NCBI GenBank assembly: GCA_002418965.1
Contig: DIFD01000018.1
Span: 289,834-353,833 of the forward strand
Origin: Peptococcaceae bacterium UBA5757
GTDB taxonomy: Bacteria > Bacillota > Dehalobacteriia > UBA4068
Reading direction: 5' to 3'
Length of the DNA: 64,000 nucleotides
The notes under the pieces are model-generated. The model was not told where the DNA came from and did not search any database. It saw only the letters and a list, made by a program, of their open reading frames with translations. Positions 18,627 to 29,429 of this stretch are shown here, one piece after another. Position 1 is the stretch's first letter. Each line of letters begins with the position of its first letter. The translations under genes and the position numbers were made by a program.

Positions 18627-19403
18627 CTACTCCAAACTTTCCATAATATGATCCGGTATATCATAGTTGGCGTAAACTGCCTGAACATCATCGTTATCTT
18701 CCAAGGCCTCGATCAAAGTCAATAATTGAGCGGCTTGAGTTTTGTCATTGACATCGACAGTATTGGAGGGCAACATGGTGATTTCGGCTTCGGTCACTTT
18801 ATAACCAGACCCCTCTAAAGCCGTACGGATCTTTTCTAATAAGTCCGGTGAACAGACAATTTCGGCGATCGGTTCCTCTTCTTCATCTTCATTGAAAAGT
18901 GTATCGGCTGTAAAATCGTCAGCTCCGGCATCGATAGTAAAAAGCATCAACTCTTCTTCATCTTTACCTTCTAATGCGACTGTGATTTGACCACGGCGTT
19001 CAAACATCCATGACACACAACCCGTCTCTCCCAGATTACCATGGTTGCGGGAAAATATATAGCGGATCTCACTGGCCGTTCGATTGCGGTTATCCGTCAA
19101 TATGGCACAAAGAACAGCGACGCCACCGGCTCCGTAGCCTTCATAAAAGAACTCTTCATAAGCTTCCGTGTTACCCACACCGGCAGCTTTTTGTATGCAC
19201 CGTGCAATATTATCACCGGGCATATTGTTATCTTTTGCCTTTTGTACGCATAATTTCAAACGGAAATTGCCTTCCGGATCGGGGCCGCCTTGTTTAACGG
19301 CCACAAGTATCTCTTTGGATATCTTGGTAAAAATCTTACCCCGGGCATCATCTACCTTAGATTTTTTTCTTTTAATGTTGGCCCATTTGGAATGACCAGA
19401 CAT
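18627..19403 (-). CDS. yebC: YebC/PmpR family protein
   Basis: MSGHSKWANIKRKK, YEGYGAGGVAV, LTDNRNRT, GCVSWMFERRG, LEDNDDVQAVYAN. Confidence 0.97.
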   Translation of the reverse strand: MSGHSKWANIKRKKSKVDDARGKIFTKISKEILVAVKQGGPDPEGNFRLKLCVQKAKDNNMPGDNIARCIQKAAGVGNTEAYEEFFYEGYGAGGVAVLCAILTDNRNRTASEIRYIFSRNHGNLGETGCVSWMFERRGQITVALEGKDEEELMLFTIDAGADDFTADTLFNEDEEEEPIAEIVCSPDLLEKIRTALEGSGYKVTEAEITMLPSNTVDVNDKTQAAQLLTLIEALEDNDDVQAVYANYDIPDHIMESLE

Positions 19404-19640
19404 AAATATCCCCCTTTTGCCATAACTGCCGGAACATTGTTCCCATAATCATATAGTTGATAATTTATGTTTATAAAAAAATTGGTTAAAAATTACTAAC
19501 CTATTCTAGCAAAAAACAAGTAAATAGTCAAAATATTTATCGTAAGACATTTTGTACATGAAACAAAAACCACCTCTTTTTCGTCATTACAGTAACCCCC
19601 CTTACAAGGAACGCATATATTGTGTCGGGGAGGTGAAGTC

Positions 19641-20300
19641 ATGGCAAATAACATGCGGAGCTGGAAAAAAAGATCTTGTCTGCCAAAGATTTTTTTAATC
19701 TTACTGTTCTTTTCAATAGGATTTATTTTTATTGAAATTCGTATTTCTCCTGTTTTGATCTGCCTAGCAGACGAAAAAATTCATGCCTTGGCACTGACCT
19801 CTATTCAAAATACTGTAAAGGAAGAAATAAACAGGCATACCGAATATCAAAACTATGACCAGCTTGTTCATATGGAAAGAGATAATAACGGTTATATAAC
19901 TCTTCTCATGCCCAATACTATGAAAATCAATGTCCTCGTCGCAGATATTACAACGGCTGTGCAACAAAATATCAGTGACATAGGCAAGCAAGATTTTTCT
20001 ATCCCCTTCGGAGCGGTTTCCGGCAGTACAATATTTGCCTTTTGGGGGCCAAAAATTCCGGTTTCTGTAGAACCGGTCGGCATTGTCAATGTTCATTTGA
20101 CCGATGATTTTATCTCCGCCGGCATCAACCAAACCCGGCACCGCCTCTGGCTGAATATTGAAACCGATTTAAGTATTGCCATCCCGCTGGAAAAAGACAA
20201 ACAAAGTATTAAAACAGAGGTGCTTTTAACGGAAGGTATCATCGTCGGACCCATTCCAGATACCTATCTCGATTTTAATTCAGATACATCTTTGCAGTAA
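19641..20300 (+). CDS. yunB: Sporulation protein YunB
   Basis: One N-terminal TM, IPFGAVSG, GPKIPV, F.SAGINQTRHRL, IIVGPIPDTY; GGAGGTG RBS before ATG 19641. Confidence 0.92.
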   Translation: MANNMRSWKKRSCLPKIFLILLFFSIGFIFIEIRISPVLICLADEKIHALALTSIQNTVKEEINRHTEYQNYDQLVHMERDNNGYITLLMPNTMKINVLVADITTAVQQNISDIGKQDFSIPFGAVSGSTIFAFWGPKIPVSVEPVGIVNVHLTDDFISAGINQTRHRLWLNIETDLSIAIPLEKDKQSIKTEVLLTEGIIVGPIPDTYLDFNSDTSLQ

Positions 20301-20437
20301 TTTTTAAAAATATTCCGGTTTGCCTATTGCCACTCGGAATGCTATAATTAAGTAATACTTATACTAGAAATTTTGACCTTATCCAAGATAACATATATAG
20401 CATTTTAAACGAAATGAATGATGGTTGGGGGTGCATT

Positions 20438-23155
20438 ATGCCAACGGTAAGAAAAAAGCGTCGCATTAAAAAAATGCGCGTTCTCCTGGTAAGCGTGATC
20501 TTTATTATTGTCTTGGCTGCAATTATAACAGCGGGCTGGGTATTGAGCATCGCAGCCACACTGCCGGATGTGTCGGAAACAAATCTGACGGCCACACAAT
20601 CCAGCGCTCTTTATGATCAAGAGGGAGAATTGTACGGAAACCTTAACGCCGGGGAAAACCGCAGTACCGTTGATATTTCTCAAATGCCCCAATCTTTAAT
20701 AGACGCCTTTGTTTCCACAGAGGACATTCGTTTTTATGACCATTTCGGCGTCGACGTCAAACGTGTCTTCGGAGCATTGTTCAAAGATATTACAAGTAGA
20801 TCTAAAGCCCAAGGCGGTAGTACCATTACTATGCAGCTGGCAAGAAATGCTATTTTGGAAGATCAACAAAAAAAATTAACCCGCAAAGTCAAAGAGGCCC
20901 TTTTGGCAATTGAAATAGAAAAGCATTACTCAAAGGATGAGATACTGTCACTTTATCTCAATGAAATTTACTTTGACGGAGCAGCCTATGGAGTACAAGC
21001 AGCCTCAAAAATGTTCTTCCATAAAGACGTATCAGAATTAAACCTGGAAGAAAGCGCCCTCCTTGCAGGTGTTATCCGTAACCCCGGCATATATTCTCCC
21101 TACTATAATATGGAGAATGCCATCAAAGTTCGGAATACGGTTCTGGGAAATATGCATAACTATAAACCGGACGTCTATACCGATGATATGGTAGAAGAAG
21201 CCCGGGCAACGGAAATTAATGTTTATGAAAAAGGCGCTTCCGCGGGATCCTATGCTTACCCCTGGTTTACCGATTATGTCATCGAATCGGCTGTAGATAT
21301 CATGGACGAGCTTGACTTGGATCAAAGTTTGATCTATACAGGCGGCTTGCAAATCTATACAACATTGGATCCGACTGTTCAGACCAGCATGGAAAAAATC
21401 TACAGCAATGATGATAACTTTCCCTCTTCTGCAACTGCAGACCAGGTTGAAAGCAGCATGGTAGTTATGGATGTAACCAACGGCGAAGTCAGAGGTGTGA
21501 TCGGAGGACGGGATTATACGACTAAACGCGGTTTTAACCGCGGTGTCGATCTGGAACGTCAGCCGGGATCCACGATCAAACCAATCGCCGTCTATGGGCC
21601 GGCATTGGAAGCGGGTTATTCTCCTGCCAGCGTTGTCAATGATGCCCCAACCACCTTCGGCAGCAGTTACAGCCCCAAAAACTATGATGGCAAATGGCGC
21701 GGCTTAATTTCCATGCGCACCTCGATCATGTTTTCCGTCAATATGTCGGCCGTAAAATTTATGCAGGCCATGGGCAGTACCAAAGGTTGGGATTTTGCCC
21801 GCAAAGTTGGGTTGCCTTTAAGTCAGGATGATAACAACCTGGCATTGGCTTTAGGCGGAATCACAACCGGAGTCTCTCCCTTGGAAATGGCAGGCGCTTA
21901 TGCAACCTTTGCCAATCAGGGTGTTTATTCCGAACCTTGCTGTATCACCATGATTAAAGATGCCAAGGGTGGGATTCTTTACGAACATCGACCGAATCAA
22001 ACAGCTGTGATGAGCGAACAATCAGCTTATCTTGTAACCGATATGTTGATGTCCGTTACAACCGGAGGTACCGGTACCAATGCCAAGATGAACCGTCCGG
22101 TTGCATCCAAAACAGGTACCGTTCAATTGCCCAATAAACCGGAATTTGCCGGAAAAACCGGTAATAAGGATGCCTGGTTTGCCGCCTATACTCCGGAATT
22201 GGTCGGAGTCGTTTGGATGGGCTATGATAACGAAAAAGATGATGATGGTACGATCCAATATTTAAAACAGATTTACGGTGGCAAATACCCGGCTTTGATC
22301 TGGAAGCAAGTCATGACCGCATCTTTAAAAGATGTTCCTGTGAAAGCATTTACCATGCCGTCCGGGTTGACTTCGGTTCAAATCGATACCAAAAGCGGTC
22401 TGTTGCCAAGCTCCCTTACGCCAACGGATTATATTAAAAGCGAACTTTTTAACGGAAACAATGTCCCGACCGCCATATCGGATGTTTGGGAAATGGTAAA
22501 AATCTGTCCGGATAGCGGCAAACTTGCAACGGACTATTGCCCCAATGCGGTTACACGGGTAAGACTTAAAAATAACGGCGCCAGTAGCCAAACGGCTGAT
22601 TATCTGCTTTATACCCCCACCATCACCTGTCCCCTTCATACTACGCCTTTAACCGGGATGGTAGCGGTTAAAATCTGTACCGATCCACGCCATAACGGAG
22701 AAGAAGTTTTGGCGAACATCGCCCAAGACGGGCAATCAGGTGGATGTCCCTCCGAATATATAGAAACTAAATACTATTATCCCGACCAGGTACCGACGAA
22801 GTATTGTGACTTGGAAGATCATCAGATCGTCGGCAGTACCGGCGGGTCCAATAACGGTAATAATAAGGGGAAAGATGAGCTTGCTACCCCTTATAACTTA
22901 CAAGTTAGTAGCGTAAGCACAGGCTGCAAACTGACATGGTGGGATGATTATAATGATCCGGGGGAAACGCTCTATATTGTTGAACGAGTCACGAATAGCG
23001 ATAAAAGCGCGAAAACAAAATTCTCCACCTACGGTACAACCTATACCGACACCACGGTAGTATCAGGCAATACCTATCAATACCGTATTTATGCTTATGC
23101 TGAATCCAGTAAAAAATCAAGTGATTGGTCTACTACCGTAAAAATCTCGTATTAA
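20438..23155 (+). CDS. Class A penicillin-binding protein (PBP1A family) with Cys-rich repeats and C-terminal FN3-like domain
   Basis: Glycosyltransferase motifs STEDIRFYDHFGVD, GGSTITMQLARN, RKVKE; transpeptidase QPGSTIK (SxxK), SVN (SxN), KTGT; start reassigned to ATG 20438. Confidence 0.95.
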   Translation: MPTVRKKRRIKKMRVLLVSVIFIIVLAAIITAGWVLSIAATLPDVSETNLTATQSSALYDQEGELYGNLNAGENRSTVDISQMPQSLIDAFVSTEDIRFYDHFGVDVKRVFGALFKDITSRSKAQGGSTITMQLARNAILEDQQKKLTRKVKEALLAIEIEKHYSKDEILSLYLNEIYFDGAAYGVQAASKMFFHKDVSELNLEESALLAGVIRNPGIYSPYYNMENAIKVRNTVLGNMHNYKPDVYTDDMVEEARATEINVYEKGASAGSYAYPWFTDYVIESAVDIMDELDLDQSLIYTGGLQIYTTLDPTVQTSMEKIYSNDDNFPSSATADQVESSMVVMDVTNGEVRGVIGGRDYTTKRGFNRGVDLERQPGSTIKPIAVYGPALEAGYSPASVVNDAPTTFGSSYSPKNYDGKWRGLISMRTSIMFSVNMSAVKFMQAMGSTKGWDFARKVGLPLSQDDNNLALALGGITTGVSPLEMAGAYATFANQGVYSEPCCITMIKDAKGGILYEHRPNQTAVMSEQSAYLVTDMLMSVTTGGTGTNAKMNRPVASKTGTVQLPNKPEFAGKTGNKDAWFAAYTPELVGVVWMGYDNEKDDDGTIQYLKQIYGGKYPALIWKQVMTASLKDVPVKAFTMPSGLTSVQIDTKSGLLPSSLTPTDYIKSELFNGNNVPTAISDVWEMVKICPDSGKLATDYCPNAVTRVRLKNNGASSQTADYLLYTPTITCPLHTTPLTGMVAVKICTDPRHNGEEVLANIAQDGQSGGCPSEYIETKYYYPDQVPTKYCDLEDHQIVGSTGGSNNGNNKGKDELATPYNLQVSSVSTGCKLTWWDDYNDPGETLYIVERVTNSDKSAKTKFSTYGTTYTDTTVVSGNTYQYRIYAYAESSKKSSDWSTTVKISY

Positions 23156-23165
23156 TCTAAACCAT

Positions 23166-23200
23166 AAAAAAAGCAGGTGAGTTTTTCTCACCTGCTTTTT
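23166..23200. terminator. Bidirectional terminator between PBP1A and mutS2
   Basis: AAAAAAAGCAGGTGAG-TTTTT-CTCACCTGCTTTTT. Confidence 0.85.
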
Positions 23201-23206
23201 ATTTTA

Positions 23207-25591
23207 TCATAAATCCAACTCGACAACGGTCACACCCATACCGCCTTCATTATATTCGGCTAAATGATAGGATTTAACCAGCCGGTGCACCGACAGATAT
23301 TTGTTTACGGCCTCCCGCATGGCTCCGGTACCTTTACCATGAACGATGCGAACAGAACGAAGGCCTGCCATAAAGGCATCATCGATATACTTATCCAAAA
23401 ACGCCAAACCGTCATCCACCAACAGGCCACGCAGGCTGATTTCCGGTTTGACAGATAAGGATTTATCAACCCCGATGTGCCCTGTCCTGCTGTACTGAAC
23501 TGTTGGTTTAGTCGCTTTTTCTTTTGCGGGTCTTAGATCCTGAAGTTTGACCATGATTTTTAGGATTCCTACCTGTAAAAAAACATCCTGTGCTTCATCA
23601 GCCGGTTTGATCACATACCCAAACTGATTCAGTTTGGGTATATAAACATAATCGCTTATTGCTACCTTGGAAGGGGCTTCACCGACAAAAACCTGTTCGG
23701 GAGCAGCTTCTTCCAGATCTTTTTGCCAATCTTTAATTTTTTTTCGATTTTGCTGCCAGGCCCGTTCTAAGCTTTTCTCCTTTTCCTGCTCTTCCTTGAT
23801 CCGGTCGATATTATCTGCCATTTCCTCATATAATTTTTGGCTTTTTTCTAAGGTCTGCTCAATGATCTCTCTGCTTTCGTCCGTAGCACGGCGGATCTTT
23901 TCCGCCGCCTCGGCCTCGATTTTTTGCTGATAATGCTTAAGCTCTACTTCTTTGGCCTGCAGACATTTAGCGAACGCTTGCGCTTTTTCTTTTTCTTCGG
24001 CGACCTGCCTGCGCAAATCCTCCAGATTAGCCAAAAGATCGGCCACCTGCGCGTCCTCCATGGTGATATGACGTTCGGCTTCATCAATCACAGATTGGGC
24101 TAACCCTAATTTGGTAGCGATTTCAAACGCATTGCTCTTGCCGGGGACTCCTATTATCAATCGATAGGTGGGAGACAACGTCGCCACATCAAATTCCATG
24201 CTGGCGTTAACAAAACCCGGGTTATTATAGGCAAACGCCTTCAGCTCGCTGTAATGCGTTGTGGCGACGATCTTGGCTCGCGCCTTCTTTAACGTATCCA
24301 GAATCGCCATGGCTAAAGCCGCTCCCTCTGTGGGGTCGGTACCGGCTCCCAGTTCGTCCAGCAAAACCAGACTGTCTTCATCCGCTTCTTTAAGGATATG
24401 GACGATGTTTGACATATGGGAAGAAAAGGTAGATAAGGACTGTTCGATGCTTTGCTCATCTCCGATATCGGCAAACACTTTGGCAAAAAAGCAAACTTCG
24501 CTGCCGCTACCAACAGGCAAATGCAGGCCGGCCATGGCCATAAGGCTTAAAAGCCCTACCGTCTTTAACGTTACGGTCTTTCCTCCCGTATTGGGGCCTG
24601 TAACCACCATGGCGGATATGTTGCGCTCGATGGTAATGCTGACAGGTACAACTTTTGCTTTCGGCAACAGCGGATGGCGTGCGTTCATCAAACGGATGAC
24701 GCCTTTGTCGTTGAACTTGACGGGCATAGCATCCATCTCATAAGCCAAGCGGGATTTAGCCAGAATAAAATCCAAGCGCGCCAACGATCTTAAATTGAAA
24801 TGAAGGTCGTCTCGGAAACCGTTGACCATGATGCTTAAAGCCCGCAGGATTGCGGCGATTTCATCCTTTTCTTCCACCGATAATTTTTGCAGTTCGTTGT
24901 TCAGTTCCATAACGGCCATTGGTTCAACAAAAACGCTTGCTCCGCTGGCGCTCATGTCATGGACGATCCCTGGCACCTGCGCGCGGTATTCCTGTTTAAC
25001 GGGAACCACATAGCGGTTGGCACGGATCGTTACGATGGGCTCCTGTAAAAATTTTTGCGTATTGGGGTTGTGGATCAGACTATCCAGACGTTCCTTGATC
25101 CGGTCCTGATTAATCTTTATTTTCCGGCGGATCTGATAGAGGCGTTCGCTGGCATCGTCCGCAATGCTGCCGTCGGACGCAATCGCTTTTTCCACAGCGG
25201 TCTCGATGGTTTTTAAGATAGCCAGATTTTTACCCAAAGGCATAAGGATGGGATAGCTGCCTTTTAACTCGCTAAAAAAAGTTTTAGTCATGCGGGAAGA
25301 CCTTGCGATAGCGGCAATATGCCAAAGTGCTTCGATATCCAAAACACCGCCGATCTCCACATGACGCAAAGCTTCACGGATATCCCAAAGCCCGCCCGGA
25401 TGAAAAGTCGGATAGAGGCGCAAAATCTGGCAGCCCTCTTCTGTTTCTGCTTGCAACCCAGCAGCTTCTTCCTGATCACCGGCCGGAAGCAAAGACTCCG
25501 CCAATTCCCGGCTACAGCTAAAAGACGTATACTCAGCCAAGCGCGCTGTTATTTTGACGTATTCCAGTTTATTTAAGGCTTTATCGTCCAT
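23207..25591 (-). CDS. mutS2: MutS2 endonuclease / ribosome-splitting factor with Smr domain
   Basis: VTGPNTGGKTVTLK, DIGDEQSIEQSLSTFSSHM, LLDELGAGTDPTEG, TTHYSELK, C-terminal IVHGKGTG. Confidence 0.97.
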   Translation of the reverse strand: MDDKALNKLEYVKITARLAEYTSFSCSRELAESLLPAGDQEEAAGLQAETEEGCQILRLYPTFHPGGLWDIREALRHVEIGGVLDIEALWHIAAIARSSRMTKTFFSELKGSYPILMPLGKNLAILKTIETAVEKAIASDGSIADDASERLYQIRRKIKINQDRIKERLDSLIHNPNTQKFLQEPIVTIRANRYVVPVKQEYRAQVPGIVHDMSASGASVFVEPMAVMELNNELQKLSVEEKDEIAAILRALSIMVNGFRDDLHFNLRSLARLDFILAKSRLAYEMDAMPVKFNDKGVIRLMNARHPLLPKAKVVPVSITIERNISAMVVTGPNTGGKTVTLKTVGLLSLMAMAGLHLPVGSGSEVCFFAKVFADIGDEQSIEQSLSTFSSHMSNIVHILKEADEDSLVLLDELGAGTDPTEGAALAMAILDTLKKARAKIVATTHYSELKAFAYNNPGFVNASMEFDVATLSPTYRLIIGVPGKSNAFEIATKLGLAQSVIDEAERHITMEDAQVADLLANLEDLRRQVAEEKEKAQAFAKCLQAKEVELKHYQQKIEAEAAEKIRRATDESREIIEQTLEKSQKLYEEMADNIDRIKEEQEKEKSLERAWQQNRKKIKDWQKDLEEAAPEQVFVGEAPSKVAISDYVYIPKLNQFGYVIKPADEAQDVFLQVGILKIMVKLQDLRPAKEKATKPTVQYSRTGHIGVDKSLSVKPEISLRGLLVDDGLAFLDKYIDDAFMAGLRSVRIVHGKGTGAMREAVNKYLSVHRLVKSYHLAEYNEGGMGVTVVELDL

Positions 25592-25623
25592 TATCCGGCT
25601 AACCTCCGCATTGTATCGATTTA

Positions 25624-28128
25624 TCAGACGCCGCGATACAAATGTCCTTTGGTATATTCTCCAATCATTGCCTTGATTTCCTGCTGCAAAGAGGATTCCT
25701 CTTTTCCTTCTTTTAGATAAGCAGCCCGGCGATACAAAGCCATGATTTTTTCAGTCTCGTTTGGTTCATATAAACGCAGATCGAGCCGCAGCAAATCTAA
25801 ACCAATCGCCGATAAAGTCAGCAAGTCGGCGGCAAGGCAGAGCGGCCGCGAATTAAAGATGTGCATTCGGCAAAAACGATCAAAACGGCAGGGGAAAATA
25901 TAATTCTTTTGATCGCGCAGGTTGTATACACCGGATTTTAAACAAGGTTTTGTACAGGCTCTATCCAAGTCCTTACCGCCGCAAAGCGCACCTAAGGCAC
26001 AATAGCGGCTGACCATCAGCTCTTGCGCGCCGTGCGCGAGCCATTCTTTTTCCACATGGATATCAGCTGTGGCAGCTGCGATTTGTTTGAGCTCATCCAA
26101 ATTCAGTTCCGGTGATAAGGTAACGCGATCCAAACCCTGTGCGGCAAAATACCGCAGACTGCTGCTGTTAAAAATATTGAAGCCCGAGTCCACATACCTT
26201 TTCCCCCGCCAGTTCATTTTTCGGAGTAAGGCTAACTCAGAAAAATTGCCGATCAAAACGGCTTCGACCTCCGCTTTTTGCCAGCGGCCCACTTGCTTTT
26301 GCCAGTAGGGCAAGTCCCCGTCATGCAAAATTTTCGGCAAGCAGGCAACAAGACCGCACCCTTTGGCCTCCAGCCGTTTTTTCAGCACTTGCCAATCTGG
26401 GTTTTTGCTATAAGGCGCAAACGAATCAGCGGAAAAATATATTTCATTGGCCCCAGCTTCCGCAGCCGCCAAAGCGGCTTCCTCCCGCTCTACCATGACG
26501 GCAAATCGGCACTGTCTTGAGGGTTGATTTTTTTTCGGGTTTGATGTAACGGATAACTCTTTTTTGATTTGGTTCAGTTGGACATAGTCCGGCTCTGATT
26601 TAGTAAAGCATGCCAGTCTTTGAGCTCGCAACTGCTCGATCATATCCCTGCGTCCATGATTTAAAACGCTGGCCGGAAGCATACAGTTTGCTTCGATTTG
26701 TAAGTGCAAGTCCCGTAAATAATAACCGCTCCCGCCCAAACGGGAAAGTTGCGCTTCAATGCTTTCTTTTGTAGCCGGAGCTGTTTTGGCGACCACAACC
26801 ACATAGTCGGAAAGCACTTGGGCGCTAAATCCGTCTTCGCAGACAGCGGAAAGTTGTAGCGGTTCATCTATTTTGGCTGTCACCGTCAGATCGACGGCAA
26901 ACTGCTTTAATTCTTCATAGGATGCTTGCGCTTTTTGGGCAAGCTTTTGATCATAAGTTTTAAAAACACGGTCGCCGATATGTGCGCCCAGACAATCCAC
27001 GGTCACGGTATCCCCTGCTTGTGCGCTTTGAACAGGCTGTCCTTCTTTTTGCATGTGTTCAACGATAAACCCTTGACGTCCGCCGACTTTTACCCAGATT
27101 TCCAGGCCGTCACCCACAAGCAGGTTTTGCTCCAGCGTAATCGTTGCGGAATTTGGTGTGGCGGATAGGATGCGCCCTAAGAAAGTGCCACGATTATTGG
27201 GGCGCTGGTAGCTCATCAGCGACACACCCGGATTACCTGAAAAGTAGCCGCAGTTATGATCACGGTTAAAAACCTGGATCAATTCAGATAGATCTTTGGC
27301 ATGGTCCTGCTCTTGCCATTTACCCGCCAAAATATCCCGCTGCGCTTCGGCGTATATCCTAGTCACGGTGGCTACATATTCGGGCCGTTTCATGCGGCCT
27401 TCAATCTTCCAGGCCGCTAAATCCAATGCGGCAACATCCTCCAACACTTCGTAACCGTAGATGTCACGCGGCGAAAGCAAATATTTGCCGGCTACAGTAT
27501 TTTGAACTTTATTTTGCTCCGCGTCTAAAAAATCGTATTCCAAACGGCAGGGCTGCGCGCAACGGCCCCGGTTGCCGCTACGACCGCCGATCATACTGCT
27601 CATGAGGCATTGACCGGAATAAGAGATACAAAGCGCGCCGTGAATAAAAACTTCCAGCTCCGTGTCTGTCTTATCTTTGATAAATTTAATCTCTTGGAGG
27701 GATAGTTCTCTGGCCAGGATCACACGCCGGACGCCGGTCTTTGCCAGCATTTGCGCACCGGCAAGATTATGCACGGTCATTTGCGTGCTGGCATGGATCG
27801 AAAGATCCGGGATAGCACGCCGTAATGCGGCTAACAACCCCCAGTCCTGAACAATCAAAGCGTCGATTCCGGATTTGCAGGCGAAGGCAATATAAACCAA
27901 AGCCTGCTTCAGCTCTTCGTCGGTTAACAACGTATTGACGGCAAGATAAACCCTTACCCCATAAAAATGGGCAAGTTCAATAGCCTCGGCCAACTGTTCT
28001 TTGGAAAAATTATCGGCAAAAGCCCTGGCGCTGAAGAGTTCACCGCCCAGATATACGGCATTGGCCCCATTGGCGCATGCAGCCCGTAAAGATTGCATAC
28101 TGCCTGCGGGCGCTAAGATTTCCGTCAT
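25624..28128 (-). CDS. U32 family protein with DUF3656 (RlhA-like RNA hydroxylase family)
   Basis: EILAPAG, GANAVYLG, HASTQMT, LARELSL, HGALCISYSGQCLMS...SGNRGRCAQPCR, KIEGRMK; second degenerate U32 repeat; ends TKGHLYRGV. Confidence 0.9.
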   Translation of the reverse strand: MTEILAPAGSMQSLRAACANGANAVYLGGELFSARAFADNFSKEQLAEAIELAHFYGVRVYLAVNTLLTDEELKQALVYIAFACKSGIDALIVQDWGLLAALRRAIPDLSIHASTQMTVHNLAGAQMLAKTGVRRVILARELSLQEIKFIKDKTDTELEVFIHGALCISYSGQCLMSSMIGGRSGNRGRCAQPCRLEYDFLDAEQNKVQNTVAGKYLLSPRDIYGYEVLEDVAALDLAAWKIEGRMKRPEYVATVTRIYAEAQRDILAGKWQEQDHAKDLSELIQVFNRDHNCGYFSGNPGVSLMSYQRPNNRGTFLGRILSATPNSATITLEQNLLVGDGLEIWVKVGGRQGFIVEHMQKEGQPVQSAQAGDTVTVDCLGAHIGDRVFKTYDQKLAQKAQASYEELKQFAVDLTVTAKIDEPLQLSAVCEDGFSAQVLSDYVVVVAKTAPATKESIEAQLSRLGGSGYYLRDLHLQIEANCMLPASVLNHGRRDMIEQLRAQRLACFTKSEPDYVQLNQIKKELSVTSNPKKNQPSRQCRFAVMVEREEAALAAAEAGANEIYFSADSFAPYSKNPDWQVLKKRLEAKGCGLVACLPKILHDGDLPYWQKQVGRWQKAEVEAVLIGNFSELALLRKMNWRGKRYVDSGFNIFNSSSLRYFAAQGLDRVTLSPELNLDELKQIAAATADIHVEKEWLAHGAQELMVSRYCALGALCGGKDLDRACTKPCLKSGVYNLRDQKNYIFPCRFDRFCRMHIFNSRPLCLAADLLTLSAIGLDLLRLDLRLYEPNETEKIMALYRRAAYLKEGKEESSLQQEIKAMIGEYTKGHLYRGV

Positions 28129-28151
28129 ACTTTTCCTCCTTGTAAAAAACG

Positions 28152-28173
28152 AAGGACGGGTTTTCCCGTCCTT
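28152..28173 (-). terminator. Terminator between the NIF3-like and U32 genes
   Basis: AAGGACGGG-AAAA-CCCGTCCTT followed by CGTTTTTT on the minus strand. Confidence 0.7.
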
Positions 28174-29122
28174 ATCTTTTGACCCGAATCAAACCGGAAG
28201 TAGGGATAATGGCAACCCCCCTGGCTTCTATCTTATCCAAAAAGCGGTTCAGTCCGATGCTGTCGCTTGCCATATGTCCAGCTATAACTAAGTTAAGATG
28301 CTTTTCTTTGGCGGCTTCGATCATCTTTTCCGAAGCGTACATGGCGATCACGGTACTGACACCGCGTTCCGCCAACATGGCATAGGCATCCTTCGGGCCT
28401 GTCGTTCCCCCGGTAAAATCCACATAGACTTTGCCGACGGAGCGGTCGGGACTACCGGAGGCAATCAGCGTTTTGATGTAGTTTTTGCTGGCTGTATGGT
28501 ATTCGGGAATCTTTCTGATTACATTTACAAGCGCTTCCAGAGTTTGCGGCTGCTCCTGTTCGATATTTTCATAAAGCAGCTGAGTTACAAGATTGTCGGC
28601 CGGCGTATGGACGCATAAAAAAGCAAACCCAAAAAGACGGGCCGCATCCACAGCGCGGAAATGATTGCTGACGCCGATACTGCGGCTGACTTCCCCAATG
28701 CGTTCACTCATGATGGCTTCCGCCACATTGGGCAGCATGCCATATTGTGCCATATATCCTGTCTGCAAGTGCATAACTTCCGGCAAAGCAGCCAAAGCCG
28801 CTCCTTCCGGATGATGCGATAACAAAAGGTCGATCTTTGCGCCTTGCGTATTTAAGGCTTGCGCAACGGCAACCTCTCCGGCTTCGATATCAATCCCAGC
28901 CAGAATGGTTTTAACTTCCCGGTCTTCCTCACCCAAGAGAATCCGCGTATCCGCATAGGGATTGGTAAGACTTTCCGGATCAAAAAACTCTTGATCTTCC
29001 TCTTTTAGCTTTTTATATTCTTTTTGTTTCTTGGCAAGGCAATCGGCTACCGCCTCCTTGCCTCTGGGATCGGCAGCAATGCCCATCTCCACGGCCAGGC
29101 GGTACAGTTCTTTTAATTTCAT
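28172..29122 (-). CDS. NIF3/GTP cyclohydrolase I type 2-like metal-binding protein (clostridial long form)
   Basis: AGIDIE, LLSHHPEG, CVHTPADN, DFTGGT, IAGHMASDSIG metal-ligand motifs typical of Nif3-like proteins. Confidence 0.8.
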   Translation of the reverse strand: MKLKELYRLAVEMGIAADPRGKEAVADCLAKKQKEYKKLKEEDQEFFDPESLTNPYADTRILLGEEDREVKTILAGIDIEAGEVAVAQALNTQGAKIDLLLSHHPEGAALAALPEVMHLQTGYMAQYGMLPNVAEAIMSERIGEVSRSIGVSNHFRAVDAARLFGFAFLCVHTPADNLVTQLLYENIEQEQPQTLEALVNVIRKIPEYHTASKNYIKTLIASGSPDRSVGKVYVDFTGGTTGPKDAYAMLAERGVSTVIAMYASEKMIEAAKEKHLNLVIAGHMASDSIGLNRFLDKIEARGVAIIPTSGLIRVKR

Positions 29123-29160
29123 GGTTATCTAATAGCCTCCTTTTAGGCAAAACAGAAAAT

Positions 29161-29409
29161 CTAAGGGCGTCCTGCTTCCGCCAGCATGGCACGGTAATCC
29201 TTTTGCAGATAGAGAAGCTCATCTGCCAATTGTAAAGAAACCAAAGTAGAAATCTTGTGGCTGGGATAATCCGGATGTTCCCGTTTGATCGAGGCATATT
29301 TTTCGTTCACCAGATCAATGATGGCCTGCAGGTGCGCAACAGGTTCTTTCCCCCGTAAGGTATAAGATACCCCGTTGATCGTTGCCATCAAAACATTATC
29401 CTCCGGCAT
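29161..29409 (-). CDS. zapA: Cell division protein ZapA
   Basis: ATINGVSYTLRG, HLQAIIDLVNEK, LVSLQLADEL; directly downstream of pheT; start reassigned to ATG 29409. Confidence 0.8.
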   Translation of the reverse strand: MPEDNVLMATINGVSYTLRGKEPVAHLQAIIDLVNEKYASIKREHPDYPSHKISTLVSLQLADELLYLQKDYRAMLAEAGRP

Positions 29410-29429
29410 AAAAATCTCACCAATTCTTT

